DNA of 64,000 nt from the human T2T-CHM13v2.0 reference genome, Homo sapiens. The notes under the pieces were generated by a model that saw only the letters and a list, made by a program, of their open reading frames with translations, ran no database searches and had not been told where the DNA came from. Position 1 is the stretch's first letter. Each line of letters starts with the position of its first letter. The stretch lies in the NCBI RefSeq assembly GCF_009914755.1, contig NC_060925.1; one strand, 5' to 3'. Of this stretch, positions 1-15,250 are shown piece after piece. The position numbers were made by a program, and so were the translations under genes.

Positions 1-40
1 TCATAGGCATCTGCCACCAGCCCCGACCTAGAATATTTTC

Positions 41-318
41 TTTTCTTTCTTTTTTTTAAATTTTTTTGAGACAGAGTCTTACTCTGTCTCCCAGACTGGA
101 GTGCAGTCTGGGTTCGAGCGATTCTCACCTCAGCCTCCGAAATAGATGGGCTTACAGGGATGTAAAAATTACCACGCCCTGCTAATTTTTGTACTTTTAG
201 TAGAGACGGGGTTTCGCCATGTTGGCCAGGGTGGTCTTGAACTCCTGGCCCCAAGTGATCTGTCCATCTCGGCCTCCCAAAGTGCTGGGATTATAGGTGT
301 GAACCGCTGCACCCAGCC
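41..318 (-). mobile_element. AluS with internal deletion
   Basis: Reverse Alu with T tail; TSD-like tagaatattttc/taaaatattttc; ~30 bp missing after gtgcagt. Confidence 0.9.
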
Positions 319-704
319 TAAAATATTTTCTTGATGGCTATTACAATAAGAAATAAAAATATAATAACTTTGTTTCCCCACTCTTTGTAGCCTCATTTCC
401 CTCACTCCCTATTGGGCATTCAATATATAGTTCCGGATAGAATAAAATAAATCCTCAATACGAGATTAAGCTTAAAAGACTATTCAGGAAACCATTTTTT
501 GAACAAAACTAAACCAGAACATGTTTCTTACAAATGCCAATTAAAGAAACAAGAAATAAAATCCCTATCATTATTAATATATTTAAATATAATGTGCATC
601 TTGCCACAGGCTGCATTTTAGGATACTTATTTCAGATGTATTAGGGAAATTTTGGAAATACAAAAAAGATGAAAAATTAATGCTAAAGGAGTAATTATAA
701 ATCA

Positions 705-1024
<320 letters not shown>

Positions 1025-1644
1025 TTATGGAAGCATTGTACACAAATCAAAGTGGGAAAATTGTTTTAGAAGTAGGTAAGTCAAGATAAGAAATATCAGA
1101 AAAAAAAGCCCTTTCTTTTTCAACCAAGATTTGCTAAAAGGTTTTTGTCGTTCAGTAATTCACATTGATCCACAAAGACAGCATTAAACAAAATAGGCTT
1201 AAACTGTAATATAAGATATTTAGGTTGCATAATACAAGATTTGTTTCAGTGAAGATTACTAACCAACAGAATTTTGGTATAATAAATATAAATGTCTTTT
1301 CATATATTTTTATTTTATTGAGCAAATGTAAGAGGGTTGATAATCTATCACATCTCTTCTATGCTTTTTGCTTCAGGGTATTTACAGATTTAACAGGGTT
1401 TTTTTCCTCTTGTTATTTATTCAATTATAATTAAAGACTTTACCTGCAGAAATAAGTCACATGAAATAACAATGGAAAATCTGAACAAAATTGATTACTT
1501 CCAAATATCATTTCACAAAACAACCATTCTGTCTTATGGTATATCCCAAATATATTAGGGAAAACAAGAATAAGATGATAATTCTTTATTTTCTTTCCTC
1601 TTACATCACAAAAAGTAAGCAAAAACAACAAATAAGAATCGCTA

Positions 1645-1972
1645 CCAGGTGTGGTGGCTCATGCCTGTAATCCCAGCACTTTGGGAGGCCAAGGAGGAAG
1701 GATTGCTTGAACTCAGGAGTTGGAGATCAGCCTGGGCAACATAGCAAGAACTTGTCTCTACTAAGAAAATAAAAATGAAAAAATAAAAATAAAAAATCAG
1801 CTGGGCATGGTGACACATGCCTATAGTCCCAGCTATTTGGGACGTTGAGGTGGTAGGATCTCTTGAACCTGGGAGATCAAGGTTCCAGTGATCTGTGATC
1901 ATGCCACTGCACTCCAGCCTGGGTGACAGAACGAGACCCTATCTCAAAAAAAAAAAAAAAAAAAAAAAAAAA
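1645..1972 (+). mobile_element. AluJ
   Basis: J-type ggattgcttga and cctgggcaacatagc; long A tail; TSD aagaatcgcta/aagaattgcta. Confidence 0.92.
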
Positions 1973-2104
1973 GAATTGCTAATGCAACCCATATTTTAAA
2001 GATTTATCCTGCATCTAGATGTCAAAGGAATAAAGGAGTGAACAAAAAGGGAACTACATTGATTCAGTGATTAAGGAATAAATGTTTTGTAGAAAACTTA
2101 AAGG

Positions 2105-2394
2105 TTTTCTTTTTTTTTTTTTTTGAGATGGAGTCTTGCTCTGTCGCCCAGGCTAGAGTGCAGTGGTACGATTTCGGCTCACTACAACCTCCGCCTCCTG
2201 GGTTCAAGCAATTTTCTGCGTCAGCCTCCTGAATAGCTGGGATTCCAGGCACCTGCCACCACACCCGGCTAAGTTTTGTATTTTTAGTAGAGATGGGGTT
2301 TCACCATCTTGGCCAGGCTGGTCTTGAACTTCTGACCACCTGCCTCGGCCTCCCAATGTGCTGGGATTATAGGCGTGAGCTACTGCGCCTGGCT
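2105..2394 (-). mobile_element. AluS
   Basis: Reverse Alu; TSD-like gaaaacttaaagg/gaaaacttgaagt; small internal deletion. Confidence 0.92.
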
Positions 2395-2830
2395 GAAAAC
2401 TTGAAGTATTTTTAGAAAAAGAGAAGAATTAAGTTTTCATAAAAGAAAATCTAAAACTAGAATGGGATAAAAGATTCCTAGGGCAGGTTGATAATATTCC
2501 AAGTGATGCTAAATACCTATTTATGGAAACAAATGGTTTTTTCTTCTGTCGAGTTGCACCTATGCAAGACAGATGAGACAATGACTATGCACATTTACAT
2601 TTTATGCTAAGACAAGGGAAGAATGAAAGCCTGGCTAGTTCTTGTGCTTGTCTCTTTTTTAAAATATTAAGAAGAAAATGAAATGGAAAGAATGATTTAG
2701 AAAAGAAAAAAGGAGTATAGCTTGAGTACCATGAAGATGGCTCATTTAAGGAAGTGGTATAATGACAAGTTCAATTAATAAGATACTTTTCTTTTATTTC
2801 AGAGCCAACAAGAGGCAGTGTGCTCTAGAA

Positions 2831-2985
2831 CAGCATTTCTTAAACATTTCTTAACCCCCTGGGGGTCATAAGAGGCCAGTTCTCATTGAGCAGTTCTGGG
2901 GCAGGGCCTGATAGTCTGCATTTCTAGCAAGCTCCAAGGTAAAGCCATGCTTGCTGCTAGTCCAAGGCCAACACTTGGATCAGTA
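2831..2985. mobile_element. MER5A-like hAT-Charlie relic
   Basis: ctggggcagggcctgatagtctgcatttctagcaagctccaaggt...gctgctagtccaaggcc matches the MER5 core. Confidence 0.7.
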
Positions 2986-3529
2986 AAGCTGTAAAATTAA
3001 TGTTAATCTAAGTCATAAAGAAGACAAATGAAAATGTCAGATAATTTTGTCCTAGGGAGAAGATTTAAAGTCCTAGAAATTTCTTTGGGAGAGCTGGGTT
3101 CCCATGTAGTTTAGAAACTGAAAGGGCATATAGACCAAGAGAGCACTATCAAGTCACCTAGAGTTCAGAAACATTTAAGTATAAGTCAGAGGGGCATGAA
3201 AGGCTGTTTCCAGAAAGGTAGCTACAATCCAGCTTCTCCTCTGATTCTGAGCTCAGCTCAGAAGTGGCAAAATTCTTTGAAAGGCGGAAGAGTCAGAGCT
3301 TAGGGATGCATAAACTACTAAAAGCTTTGCCTAGAGCACAGACATAAAAGCACAGCAAGAACACAGCAGTGTATGTCTTGAATTAATCCTGGCTCAAGGG
3401 AAGCCTCAGGTCTTTATTTTACCCAAACCCAAAGAATAATCAAATTGTCATTATTAAATGCTTCCATGTTTAGAATAGGTGCTATGTTTATTTTTCTTTA
3501 ATGTTTGCTTTGATTAAAGGAAGCCAATA

Positions 3530-3680
3530 TGTACTGAGCACACAGTGTTCACCTGTCACTGTAAGACTATACATTAATTAACTCTTTAAAATTTTCATCC
3601 ACCTTTCTACACACATTTACAATTGAGAAAACTAAGAATTAGTGTTTATGACTTGCTCAAAATAACACAAATATTAGGAC
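3530..3680 (-). mobile_element. MIR relic
   Basis: catttacaattgagaaaactaag...gacttgctcaaaataacaca is a degenerate reverse MIR core. Confidence 0.55.
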
Positions 3681-3899
3681 TTACTTATAGAGCCAAGTTG
3701 ATAACCAAATTAATGTATTAATTAATAACATCACCAAAAGAGACTTGCTCACAGTTTATTCTAAATCTCTGTTGCAAACCTAGAGTCTTTTAATTGTCTG
3801 ATTGATGGTCTGATTGTAGCAATACTTTGTGTCAGGTCCATGAATGACAAATTTGACATACTAAATGATCAAATCAAATTTAAGGTGTGAGTTCTGGAC

Positions 3900-4112
3900 T
3901 TGCACTGCCCAATATGGTAGCCTCAGCCCTATCTGATTACTATATTTAAATTAATAAAAAATGAGTAAAATAAAAAATTCCTTTCCTCAATCACATAAGC
4001 CACATTTTCATTGTTCAGTAGCCATAGATGGCTGGTGAATGCCACATTGGATAGCATATTATTCTCAATGAACATTTCCAGGATATTTTCAACATCACAA
4101 CAAATTGTGTTG
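3900..4112 (-). mobile_element. MER3-like hAT-Charlie element
   Basis: tgcactgcccaatatggtagcc...gccacattt...gtagcca..tggctggtg...cattggatagc, internally palindromic MER3 layout. Confidence 0.75.
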
Positions 4113-4493
4113 AAAAATTAAATCCCATTTTAATGTTAACAGATCTCCTGTGCATTTGTTAATTTTTAAGCAATTTAACATATTACCTGACTCTATTCTC
4201 ACAATCATCATATGAAAAATACCTAAGTTAATGTTACTATGTTTTATAAAGCAGACTCACCCTGGGATTTTTTTAGAGCCACAGCTGAGGTTAAAGACCC
4301 TGGGGACTTAAAACTTGTGCAACTTGTTTATGCCCCTCTTCTTTCCTCTTCTCTTCAACCACTGTCTTTTCCTAGGTGATGTCATCCAATTCCACAACTT
4401 TAAATACCTCTTGCCTTGGGACTGGGGTTGATATCCAACTGCTTGACATTGCCATGTGAGTTCTAATAGGCACCTCAAACTTAATATGTCTAA

Positions 4494-5321
<828 letters not shown>

Positions 5322-6426
5322 TAATTGTACCTCCACAATATATCTTGACTCCAATGACATCTCCTCTACTGACATATCTGTAATCCAGGATAACATCTGG
5401 ACCACTCTGACTAGCTTTCTACCTAGTTTCTCAGCTGCCATTCTCACTCTTCTGTCTGTTCTCCACAAGAAACCAGAGTGATCTTTTAAAAATGTAAATT
5501 AGCCAATATCTCTCATGAACTTAGATGCAAAAATATTTAACAAAATATTAGCAACTTGAATCAAGCAATGTATAAAAAATTATATACCATGACCAAGTGG
5601 GATTTATTCCAGGGATACTGGGCTGCTTCAGTATTTGAAAATCAAATAATGTTATCCACAACATTAACAGACTAAAGAAGAAAATTCACATAATTATCTT
5701 GATTGATGAAGAAAAAAACATTTGACAAAATTCAATACCCATTCATGAAAATTTTCAAAAAAATAGAAGGAAATGAATCAACTTGACAAAGAGCATCTAC
5801 AAAAAATCTACAGGTAATATTATGCTAAATGATGAAAGACTAAATGCTTTTCTTCTAAGATTAAGAAAAAAGTAAGGATGCCCACTCCTACTACTCTTAC
5901 TCAACACAGTAGTGAAAACTCTAGCCAGCGCAAGGTAGAAGAAAAGCCAAAACATACAGATTGGAAAGGAAGAAATAATTTGCCCTGATTTGCAGACAAC
6001 ATGACTGTCCATGTAGACAACCCCCAAGGCATCTACTCCAGAACCCAAACAAAACAAAACAAAAATTCCTACACCTAGTAAGTTCAGTAAGGTCACAGGT
6101 TACAAGATGAACACACAAAAAAGTCTATATACTAACAAGGAATATGTGGAAACTGAAATTAAAAACACAATATCATTTATGATAGCTCCAAAGGAAATGA
6201 AATACCTAAGTATAAATTTAACAAAACAAGTACAAGATTCATATGCTAAAAATTACGAAACACTGATGAAAGAAATCAAAGATCTAAATAAAGGATAGTG
6301 ATAACACTGAATGCTGTTAAGGATGTGAAAAAACTGGATCACCGAGAATACAATCCCAGTGGGAATGTAAAATGGTTCAGCCACTCTGGAAAATAGTTTA
6401 GCAGTTTCCTTTAAAACTAAAAATTC

Positions 6427-6726
<300 letters not shown>

Positions 6727-6855
6727 TTATAAATTCACTTAGCATACAATGTTGCAATTGTACCCTTGGATATTTATTCCAGAGAAATGAAAGTGTATAC
6801 TCAATGTTCAAACCTGCGCATGAATGTTCATTTATTTATAAGCATTTATTTATAA

Positions 6856-7233
<378 letters not shown>

Positions 7234-7560
7234 AAGGAAGGGCCTATTGATATAAGCGACTAGTTGGATAGATCTAAAGGGAATTCTGCTGAGTGAAAAA
7301 AGCCCATTTCGAAGGATTACATACTGTATGAGTCCATTTGTACAATATTCTTGAAATGTTGTAATTATAGAGATGGAAAGCAGATTAGTATTTTCCAGGA
7401 GTTAGGATTTGGGGTTTTCCCAGGAGTTAGGATTTTGTGGGGAGGGAGTAGGAGTGCTACAAAGGGTAATACCATGGAGCCTTGTGGTAATGGAACAGTT
7501 GTGCATTTTGATTGTGGTGGTGGCTACTGGAAGCTACACATGTTAAGAAATTGGCAAGAA

Positions 7561-7562
<2 letters not shown>

Positions 7563-7602
<40 letters not shown>
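7563..7602. repeat. (AC)~20 microsatellite
   Basis: Pure AC run in the L1MC 3'UTR. Confidence 0.95.
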
Positions 7603-7604
<2 letters not shown>

Positions 7605-9413
7605 GAGTACCTGTATTACTGGTGAAATCTGAATAAGCTCTGTGGATTGTAGCAACGTCAATTTCATGGTGTTTGTATTGTACTACAGTTACATAAGATG
7701 CTAACATTGGGGAGAAGGGGGAAGGGTATATGAAACCATTGGGTACATTTTTTTTGGCAACTCCCTGTGAATCTATAACTAAAAAGTTTAAAAATGTGAA
7801 TCAGATTCTATGTGTTCTCTTACTTTAAGTCATTTCAAGGCTCCCCATTGCAAGTAGAAGAAAATCCAGGTTCCTTACCTTAGGTTACCTGCTCCCTGCC
7901 TAGCTCTCTCTGACCTCATCTCACTCCTCATCTTATTAACTGAGCTGAAGCACACAAATCTCCCTTCACAGACACAGTGCTCTTCATGCTCTGCTCCTTC
8001 CCACCTGGGAGATGCTTTACTTGCTGTTTCCTTCCTAAATAGCTCTTCGCATATCTCACTGCATGTCTTGTTATCATTCAGGCTCACCTCCAGGTCACCT
8101 CCTCAGAGAAGCTTCCCTGACCTCCTGTTGAAAGCATTCTGTTATTCTCTAGTGCATTTTCTTCCCAGCACTTGCCAATATCTGAATTTATCTTTGTTTA
8201 TTTGTCTTCCTCTATTAGAAGGTAAACTCTAGGAGAACTGGGACCATGCTATCTTATTCATAGTATTATCTCCAGTGGTAGAAAGTGCCTGGTGCTGGAT
8301 TTCAAGGGACAGCCTACACGCACACACCCACAGATGTGCACACACACATACACTAAAAAGCACTCCTCTTCCTCCCCTGGGTTCTGGACAATTTCAATAA
8401 ATATAATAAAAGGGTAAAGACAGAAGTAAAAACATCACCTTTCTTACTAACAAGGGATAGTTTAGAAGTGTAGTTTAGACAATGCTTACTGGCGAATTAG
8501 GCAGCCTTACCCCATTGGGTCCCAGGCAGCTCTATAGTGAATTAATCCCTCCTTTACCAATGCCAGGAACATAGGTGCATGCTAAATATTCTGTGAATGA
8601 CAGAGGGAAGGAACAAAGGCTGTGATGAATTTCTGAGTCTTCACTCATATCGTCTCCCAGAATAAGGCACAGAAGTGGGACTGCTGATTTAAAGATACAG
8701 GGCTCAGATGGAAAAGATGCTAAGGATGGTTGGAGGCACAGGTAGGAGGCAGTCTGCAGAGAGTCTCAATGCCAGGCCCAGACACTGAGAAGCTGTTTAA
8801 GTTGAAGTTGGGGGTGGTCATATATCTTTTTATCCACCTCAGTCTGCTCATTTACCTAGGTGCCGTTTTCATTATTTGGGGGAGGTGTGAGTGATCGCTG
8901 TTTCTATGAGTAGGGTCACTTTAGTACTCCTTGCTGGTACAGTATTAAGCAACCCATCAGCCTTAATAGAGTTTATGTCTGTATCACAACTCTCTTGTCT
9001 CAAAAATAATAAAAGCACACCTAACGGGTCTACTTGTCAGTGACTATAAGGTGCCATATTAATCAGAAGTGGAATTTTTTGAAAAAGATAACCCTTGAGT
9101 TACAAACCGTCCCCACAGCATTTCCTTTAATGAAAAACGGAAGTTTGGGGAGCCAAATAGATTGTCTGGAGCAGTCTGGCTACAGCTATGAATAAGAGAC
9201 AAAAAAGTAGTTGTCAGCACCATCAGGGGAAAGAGAAAGAATGTGGGTTAGGCAGAATACAGGTTATACACAAGTATGAGGAATAAACGACACCCCTAAT
9301 TCCAGCAGCCTTGAAAAAGAAAACATTTAAGAAAGAGGAAATGTTGTTTCTACTCTGAGCCACCACCACTAAATTATCTCATTGACCAAATATTGCTCAA
9401 CACTTAGATCCAG

Positions 9414-9713
<300 letters not shown>

Positions 9714-9901
9714 AGATCCACTTTTTCTTGATGGTTTCTCTATTGTTTCTCCAGGTATATATATATCTGGAGGTGTATATATACTTGGAGGGGTGTGTGT
9801 GTGTGTATATATAATTTCTTTTCTATTGTATCTCTCTGGTTTGACTTGTGCCCACTGGGCAAGGTTAAGCCCACCTGTATGCTCTGTCAAATGCTTCAGT
9901 G

Positions 9902-9902
<1 letters not shown>

Positions 9903-9975
<73 letters not shown>
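9903..9975. repeat. Compound (TG)~23(AG)~14 microsatellite
   Basis: Read directly. Confidence 0.97.
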
Positions 9976-9978
<3 letters not shown>

Positions 9979-10318
9979 GGGCATGGGAGGATAGAGGTAT
10001 CAGAGGTCTCTGTGTAAAAACCAGATCTACTTACTGTTCTGGAATTGTTTTACGATCCGAAGGCTGTTACAGGTCACTAATGGCTTGGTGTCTTAGCTTT
10101 TCACCTTGCTTTGCTGTGGAAGAAGAGACCCTGAGCACCAGGAACAGCATGAAATGCAGGAAAGGGGACAGTAAAAGCAGTTTTACTTACTTCAGGATTT
10201 TACTTAATGCCTATTTGTAGAAACCTACTCATTGAAATGAACATACCTCTCCACGTCAATCAGTGGTGCTCAAGATTGCAGGAAAAAAGTTCTCCACCAG
10301 TCAACATTTGAAAATGTC

Positions 10319-10601
10319 TTTTTTTTTTTTTTTGAATTGAGGCTTCACTCTGTCGCTGAGGCTGGAGGGCAGTGGTGTAATCACAGCTTATTGTAGCTTT
10401 GACCTCTTGGGCCTCAGCCTCCCGAGTAGCTGGAACTACAGGCACATCACCATGACTGACTAATTTTTGTTTTAATTTTTTTTAGAGATAGGGATCTCTG
10501 CTATGTTGACTAGGCTGGTTTCTAACTCCTGCCCTCAAGCAATTCTGCCACCTCAGACTCCCAAGTAGCTAAGATCATAGGTGTGAGCTGCCACCCCGGC
10601 C
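10319..10601 (-). mobile_element. AluJ
   Basis: Diverged J-type arms; TSD tgaaaatgtcttt. Confidence 0.9.
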
Positions 10602-10867
10602 TGAAAATGTCTTTCAGTCAGAAATTTACCCATATTTGTAAAAATACAGGAGCTGCACCGCATAACCCACAGAAAACTTTTGAGCTTTCTGAGTTTTTGA
10701 GACGGACTTTGGGAATCCACTTTTCTAAGTTAGAAAGAAAATGTAAGCGTGCCTGTTTGTTGCTTAAATGTATTCTCACATATTTGTCATTGTTTCACTC
10801 ATACTGCCATTTAACTTTTCAACTGTTTATCCCTTGGTCTCCTAATGAAAAGGGGGACAAGGAGGGT

Positions 10868-11325
10868 GTGTCAGTCAGGGTCCCTGCAGGAAGCAGGCAC
10901 TACATTCAGATGGAGTTTGGAAAAGAATTGAACAAAGGCTACCTATTTACAGAGGTGAAGCCAGGTTAGAGAAACAGCTAAGGCTGAGGAGGCACCCAGG
11001 AGTAGCCACAGGGAGAAGTCTGCTGCCCATTGGCCTAAAGGGGCCTTGTGGGAGCTGGAGTCATGAAGGAGGAGCTGCCTGGATTGGCATCTCAGAGGGG
11101 TCTTAGAGGGAATACATTACCAGAACCCCTGTGCAGCAGCAGAGAGGGATCAGTGAAAAGATATTGACCTCACACTTCTCTAGCTCTTAATCTTCCACCA
11201 GTGCCTTCAGTAACCAAACCCAGCTGGAACCCAGAGGACAAGGGAGCCCAAGAGATATGGCCTGTAGCAGTTCACTCCTTGGGACATAGCGCAGGGTACA
11301 GAAGGGCCCTGAACAGAAGGTAACA
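10868..11325 (-). mobile_element. LTR33-like ERVL solo LTR
   Basis: tgtgtcagtcagggtcc...ctatttacagaggtg...ccagaggacaagggagccc matches reverse LTR33. Confidence 0.7.
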
Positions 11326-12019
11326 ACAGCTATCATGTCGTCACTCCCTGGTGGGGTGCCAAAAGGGGTGAATTTTGCCAATTATTATTGGTGCCCTTGA
11401 TATTCCAGGTGAAAGGAAAACTGGACTTAGCAGATTCCCTATGGATAGAACCACTCAGGAGAGAAGGTAAAAGTGGATGAGAACTTTGTGATTGCTTTTT
11501 TCTCATAATGAGCATGACATCACCTAGACTTGGGCTATGCAAGGAATGAAAGAGGAAAAGAAGATCACACACTCTCAGACTGGTCTCCAGAGGCAGTAGG
11601 CAGCCCAGATTTGAAGTAACTGCCCCAGGTCTGGGACAATTTCTGGCCTGTTCCTGCCGGAATGTTGTTCCATTTTCCAAGGAATTCAGGCAAAGGTTGA
11701 TTTAAGAAGTCTGGTTTCTTTGAGAAATTGTCTTGGCCAAAGAAGAGCTGACTTAGCTCACCAAGTCTTCCATCCACAGGGACGAGCTTTTGTGACATGG
11801 CATCCTCGGTCTGGATGTTCCTGGCAAAGCCTGATGTGCACATAGTACTTCTAAAATATATTGATCAGAAATCATATTGCTCAAGACAGGGATTATCTTG
11901 CCATCAGAGCTAGCTTTGTGGATGAATGTACAGAGGGGTGAGATTTGATGGAAGGTGAAAAGTACCTTCCAAACCCCAGTGTTCTTTTTCAGAGGCCTGT
12001 TTCTAACTTGTTTGTGTTG

Positions 12020-12450
12020 TTTATTCATTCATCATCTGATAAATATATTTAGAGTGCAATGTGTCAGGCAGAGCCATCATAGTTCAACTCTAGCACCCCG
12101 CAACTTGTGCAATGCCATGGCCCTGTTAGGCTCTGTACTTGACCCAAGTGACATAAGGAAAATATGGTCCTTACCCTCTTAAGAACGTAACTGGTTTGCA
12201 TATGTTCACACTTGCCTTTTCTCCAATTAATTATAGAACACGCATAGTAGTGATTGAAAAATACAGAGTAACCATGTGCCCCTCTGCTTAAAATCACTCA
12301 ATGGCTTCCTGCTGCCCAGAAGGTCAACAGCAAAATCTTTCACAAGGCCCATAGGCCCTGAGTGAAGAAGACAGATGATAGATCACAGTACAACATTGGA
12401 AGTCCTGCAATAGACACTAACCAAGTGTTGGTGCTCAGAGGATAGAGCCT
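12020..12450 (-). mobile_element. L2 3' end interrupted by a ~170-bp insert
   Basis: ttattcattc...atggtccttaccctcttaagaac, resuming after 12365 with agacaga...gctcagagga. Confidence 0.65.
12194..12365 (+). repeat. Direct copy of 13523-13700
   Basis: ~90% identity by hand alignment, including a 32-bp exact run. Confidence 0.93.
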
Positions 12451-12639
12451 GGGGCTGTCCTCTTGAAAGTCCCACACCATCTATTACTTGGAATAAGTTA
12501 TCAAGTATCTAAACAAAAACAATATTTCCTGGGAGGTGGGTGGTTAACTTTACCTGATAACAATTTTCAGATCTATTTGATAGAAAATATTGAAGCTCTT
12601 TCTACCTATGTTTATGTGCCTCTTCAGCATTTAGGCACT

Positions 12640-14160
12640 TAAGCCTCGTACATCCTAAAGTGTTCTCCCTGGACCCCACTCCCCCCACTATTCATATCCC
12701 CCTTTTTCTCTGCATAGCAAAACTTCTCAAAAGAATTGTCTTCTTCCTGGGAGGTCATTTTCTCATGTCTGTCATTCCTTATCTTCCAGCTCACTTCATC
12801 CTTTTTAATGATACCGTCATGCAATCAAAATGATTCTCACTAAGGTTAATAATGGCCACCATGTTGTTAGAACAACTGGCAACTCTTCAATCCTCAGCTT
12901 GCTCAACTTGCAGCAACATTTGATACTATGGACACCAGCTCCTTCTCAAAACACTTGCTGCCCTTGGCATTTGTGAAACACATTCTCCTAGCTTTCCTCT
13001 TCTTTCTTTGGCTATTCCTTCTTAATATTGTTGACTGGATTACCCTCCTCCATGTGATCTTCAAAGGTAATTCCCAAAAGCTTTTCCCCACTTCTCTTTC
13101 TCTTGTCCCTCTATCCTCTTTCCCTAACTGAACTTATCCCCACCCATGGCTTCAATGATCACCTATACAACAATAACACTAAAATTTTATTTCATTAGCC
13201 TGATCTTCTCTTTTGAGATTCAGATTCGCATATATTGACTTTTCTGTTCTAAAAGGCATCTCAAACTCAGCTTATTTAAAACCAAACTCATGATGTCCCA
13301 TCTACCTCAAAACTGGCCTTTCTACAGTGAATAACTCCACCATCTATCGATAAGTGTGGCTTCATTCTTAACACCTTCTCTCCATTCTTCCCAAATACCA
13401 AGTTCTGTTTTTTAACCCAACTGTCTCTCCAGTCTGAACATATCTCTCCTCCTCCGCTGCCATCTCTTAAGTCTAAGCTACCATCACCTCTCCTTAGAAC
13501 TATGACAATGGCCTGCTAATTAGTTTGCACATGTTCACACTTAACCTCTTCTCCAATTAATTCTCCATAGAACACACACAGTGATCATTGAAAAATACAG
13601 TGTAAACATGTCCCCCTCTGCTTAAAATCACTCAGTGGCTTCCTGCTGCCTGGAAGGTCAACAGCAAAATCTTTCACAAGGCCCGTAGGCCCTAAGGTGA
13701 TCTAGGCCGTAAATGATCCAGCCCTGGGTCCCTGCTTCAGTCCCAGCTCTTTTCGTTCTTCTTCCTCTTGCTCAGCCACACTGGCTTTCTTTCAGTTGTT
13801 CCTACTTTTGTGCTCCTCCTGCTTTGGGACCTATGGAGTGCTAGTCCTTCTTCCTAGAAACCCACCTCCCCTCTTTTCACTAAATTACATAAACCAACTT
13901 TTAGATCTCAGATTACATGTTCCGTTCCCAGGGAGTCTTTCTTAAACTCTAGGGTAGATGAGGCCCATTTTCTTTCTTAGTTTTTTTAAATGTGTAATCA
14001 TATGTTTCTATGGTTATTTGGTTAACGTTTGTCTTCTCTTCTATACTGTAATATTCATGATGTCTGAGTCCACTTCTGTTTTCCTCAGTATAGGATCCCT
14101 AGTTCTTAGTGTAGTACCAGGGACATAGTAGGCACTCAATCACTTTTGGAAGAAAGAAAG
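12640..14160 (+). mobile_element. L2 relic (RT-region remnant to 3' end)
   Basis: gcagcaacatttgatactatggacacc...ggcatctcaaactcagc...acatagtaggcactcaat. Confidence 0.85.
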
Positions 14161-14409
14161 CCTAAAAAGAAGGGCCCAGAGGGAAAGTGACTGACGGTAG
14201 GTGGATTATGACCTTGGGAATTACTCAGGATAGATATAGACAATTTGGTGGATATGTCATGACAGTGGTAACCCTCAGGCAGAAGAGAACTGTGAGGGTG
14301 TGTCAGGGACAGAAGGCCAAGTCCACATGCACCATCTGTGCTTCTTCTGTAAGGCTGCACCACAGCGGGGGGCACACACACTAACCTGTGAGTCCGAAGA
14401 CCTGCTTTC

Positions 14410-14492
14410 AAGGCCTGGATTTGATGCTAACTAGCTGTGTGTCCTTTCCCACTCATTCACAACTTCATCTGTAAAATAACAGGGTTGGATTA
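14410..14492 (+). mobile_element. MIR fragment
   Basis: ctagctgtgtg...catctgtaaaataacagggttgga. Confidence 0.55.
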
Positions 14493-14493
14493 T

Positions 14494-15082
14494 TATAGAG
14501 TCAGGGCTCTTAGTTGCAAAGAAACAAATATTGCTTCTGGACAATTGAAGCAGAAAATGAACTGATTGAAAGGATGCTGGCCAGCTTACAAGATTACCTA
14601 GAAGCCTGGAGGACCAGACCTAGAGGACAGGCAAAAGCAAGGAAGACTGTGCAGACAAGCCAGGGCCAGAATCTCAGGGAGGGACCAGACAGTGGTGAGG
14701 CCACTGTGGCCGCTTGACACGCCAAGTGTCACAGCCTGCACCTGTGCCCTGAGTGGGCACAGAGCACCCCTGTACTAAATTGGCTCTGCTGTCCTTGGAA
14801 ACTGGATGTTGCTGGCTTTGCTGCTACCCTCGGAAAGAATTTGCCACTCTCCTTCCTTCTTTGGGTCACTAAATCCTGACTCACAAACCTGAGCAGGTGC
14901 ACCTGACATTCTGAGCTAGGTCACACTTGAACCCTGGCTGCCAGGGGAAGTGGGAAAGCAGAGCTTTCCAGAGAAAGAGGCAGGCTCTGCCAGCCAGCTT
15001 CACTCCTGAGATGGAAAGTTCCCCAGTGTAGGAGCTGAAGGGTTCAGATTCTGGGTAGCTATGAACATCACATGTCCAGTAC
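14494..15082 (-). mobile_element. Old MLT1 (MaLR) solo LTR
   Basis: agtcagggctcttagttgcaaagaaac...ctaggtcacac...ccctggctgccagggg. Confidence 0.65.
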
Positions 15083-15250
15083 TAGGCCGTCTCCAAAGTC
15101 CCTCCAGCACTAACGTTTCCATGTTTCTGGGCACCACAATGAGAATTGGCACGGTCATCACATCAACATCCTTTCCTTTAAATCAGCAGGCTTTAAGAGC
15201 TACATCATCATCTCTTTGCCACAGACAACTATACTCTGTATTACAAATCC

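Noticed and set aside
1061-1081. TTGTTTTAG-AAGTAG/GTAAGT, possible microexon or recursive splice site (plus strand)
   Set aside because: Very short pyrimidine tract and no partner exon identifiable; expected by chance
1436-1495. Minus-strand cttatttctgcag/gtaaag, possible recursive site or 37-nt exon
   Set aside because: Donor is non-consensus at +5 and there is no supporting frame; needs junction reads
7392-7436. Short tandem duplication ccaggagttaggattt
   Set aside because: Ordinary slippage within an old L1 3'UTR
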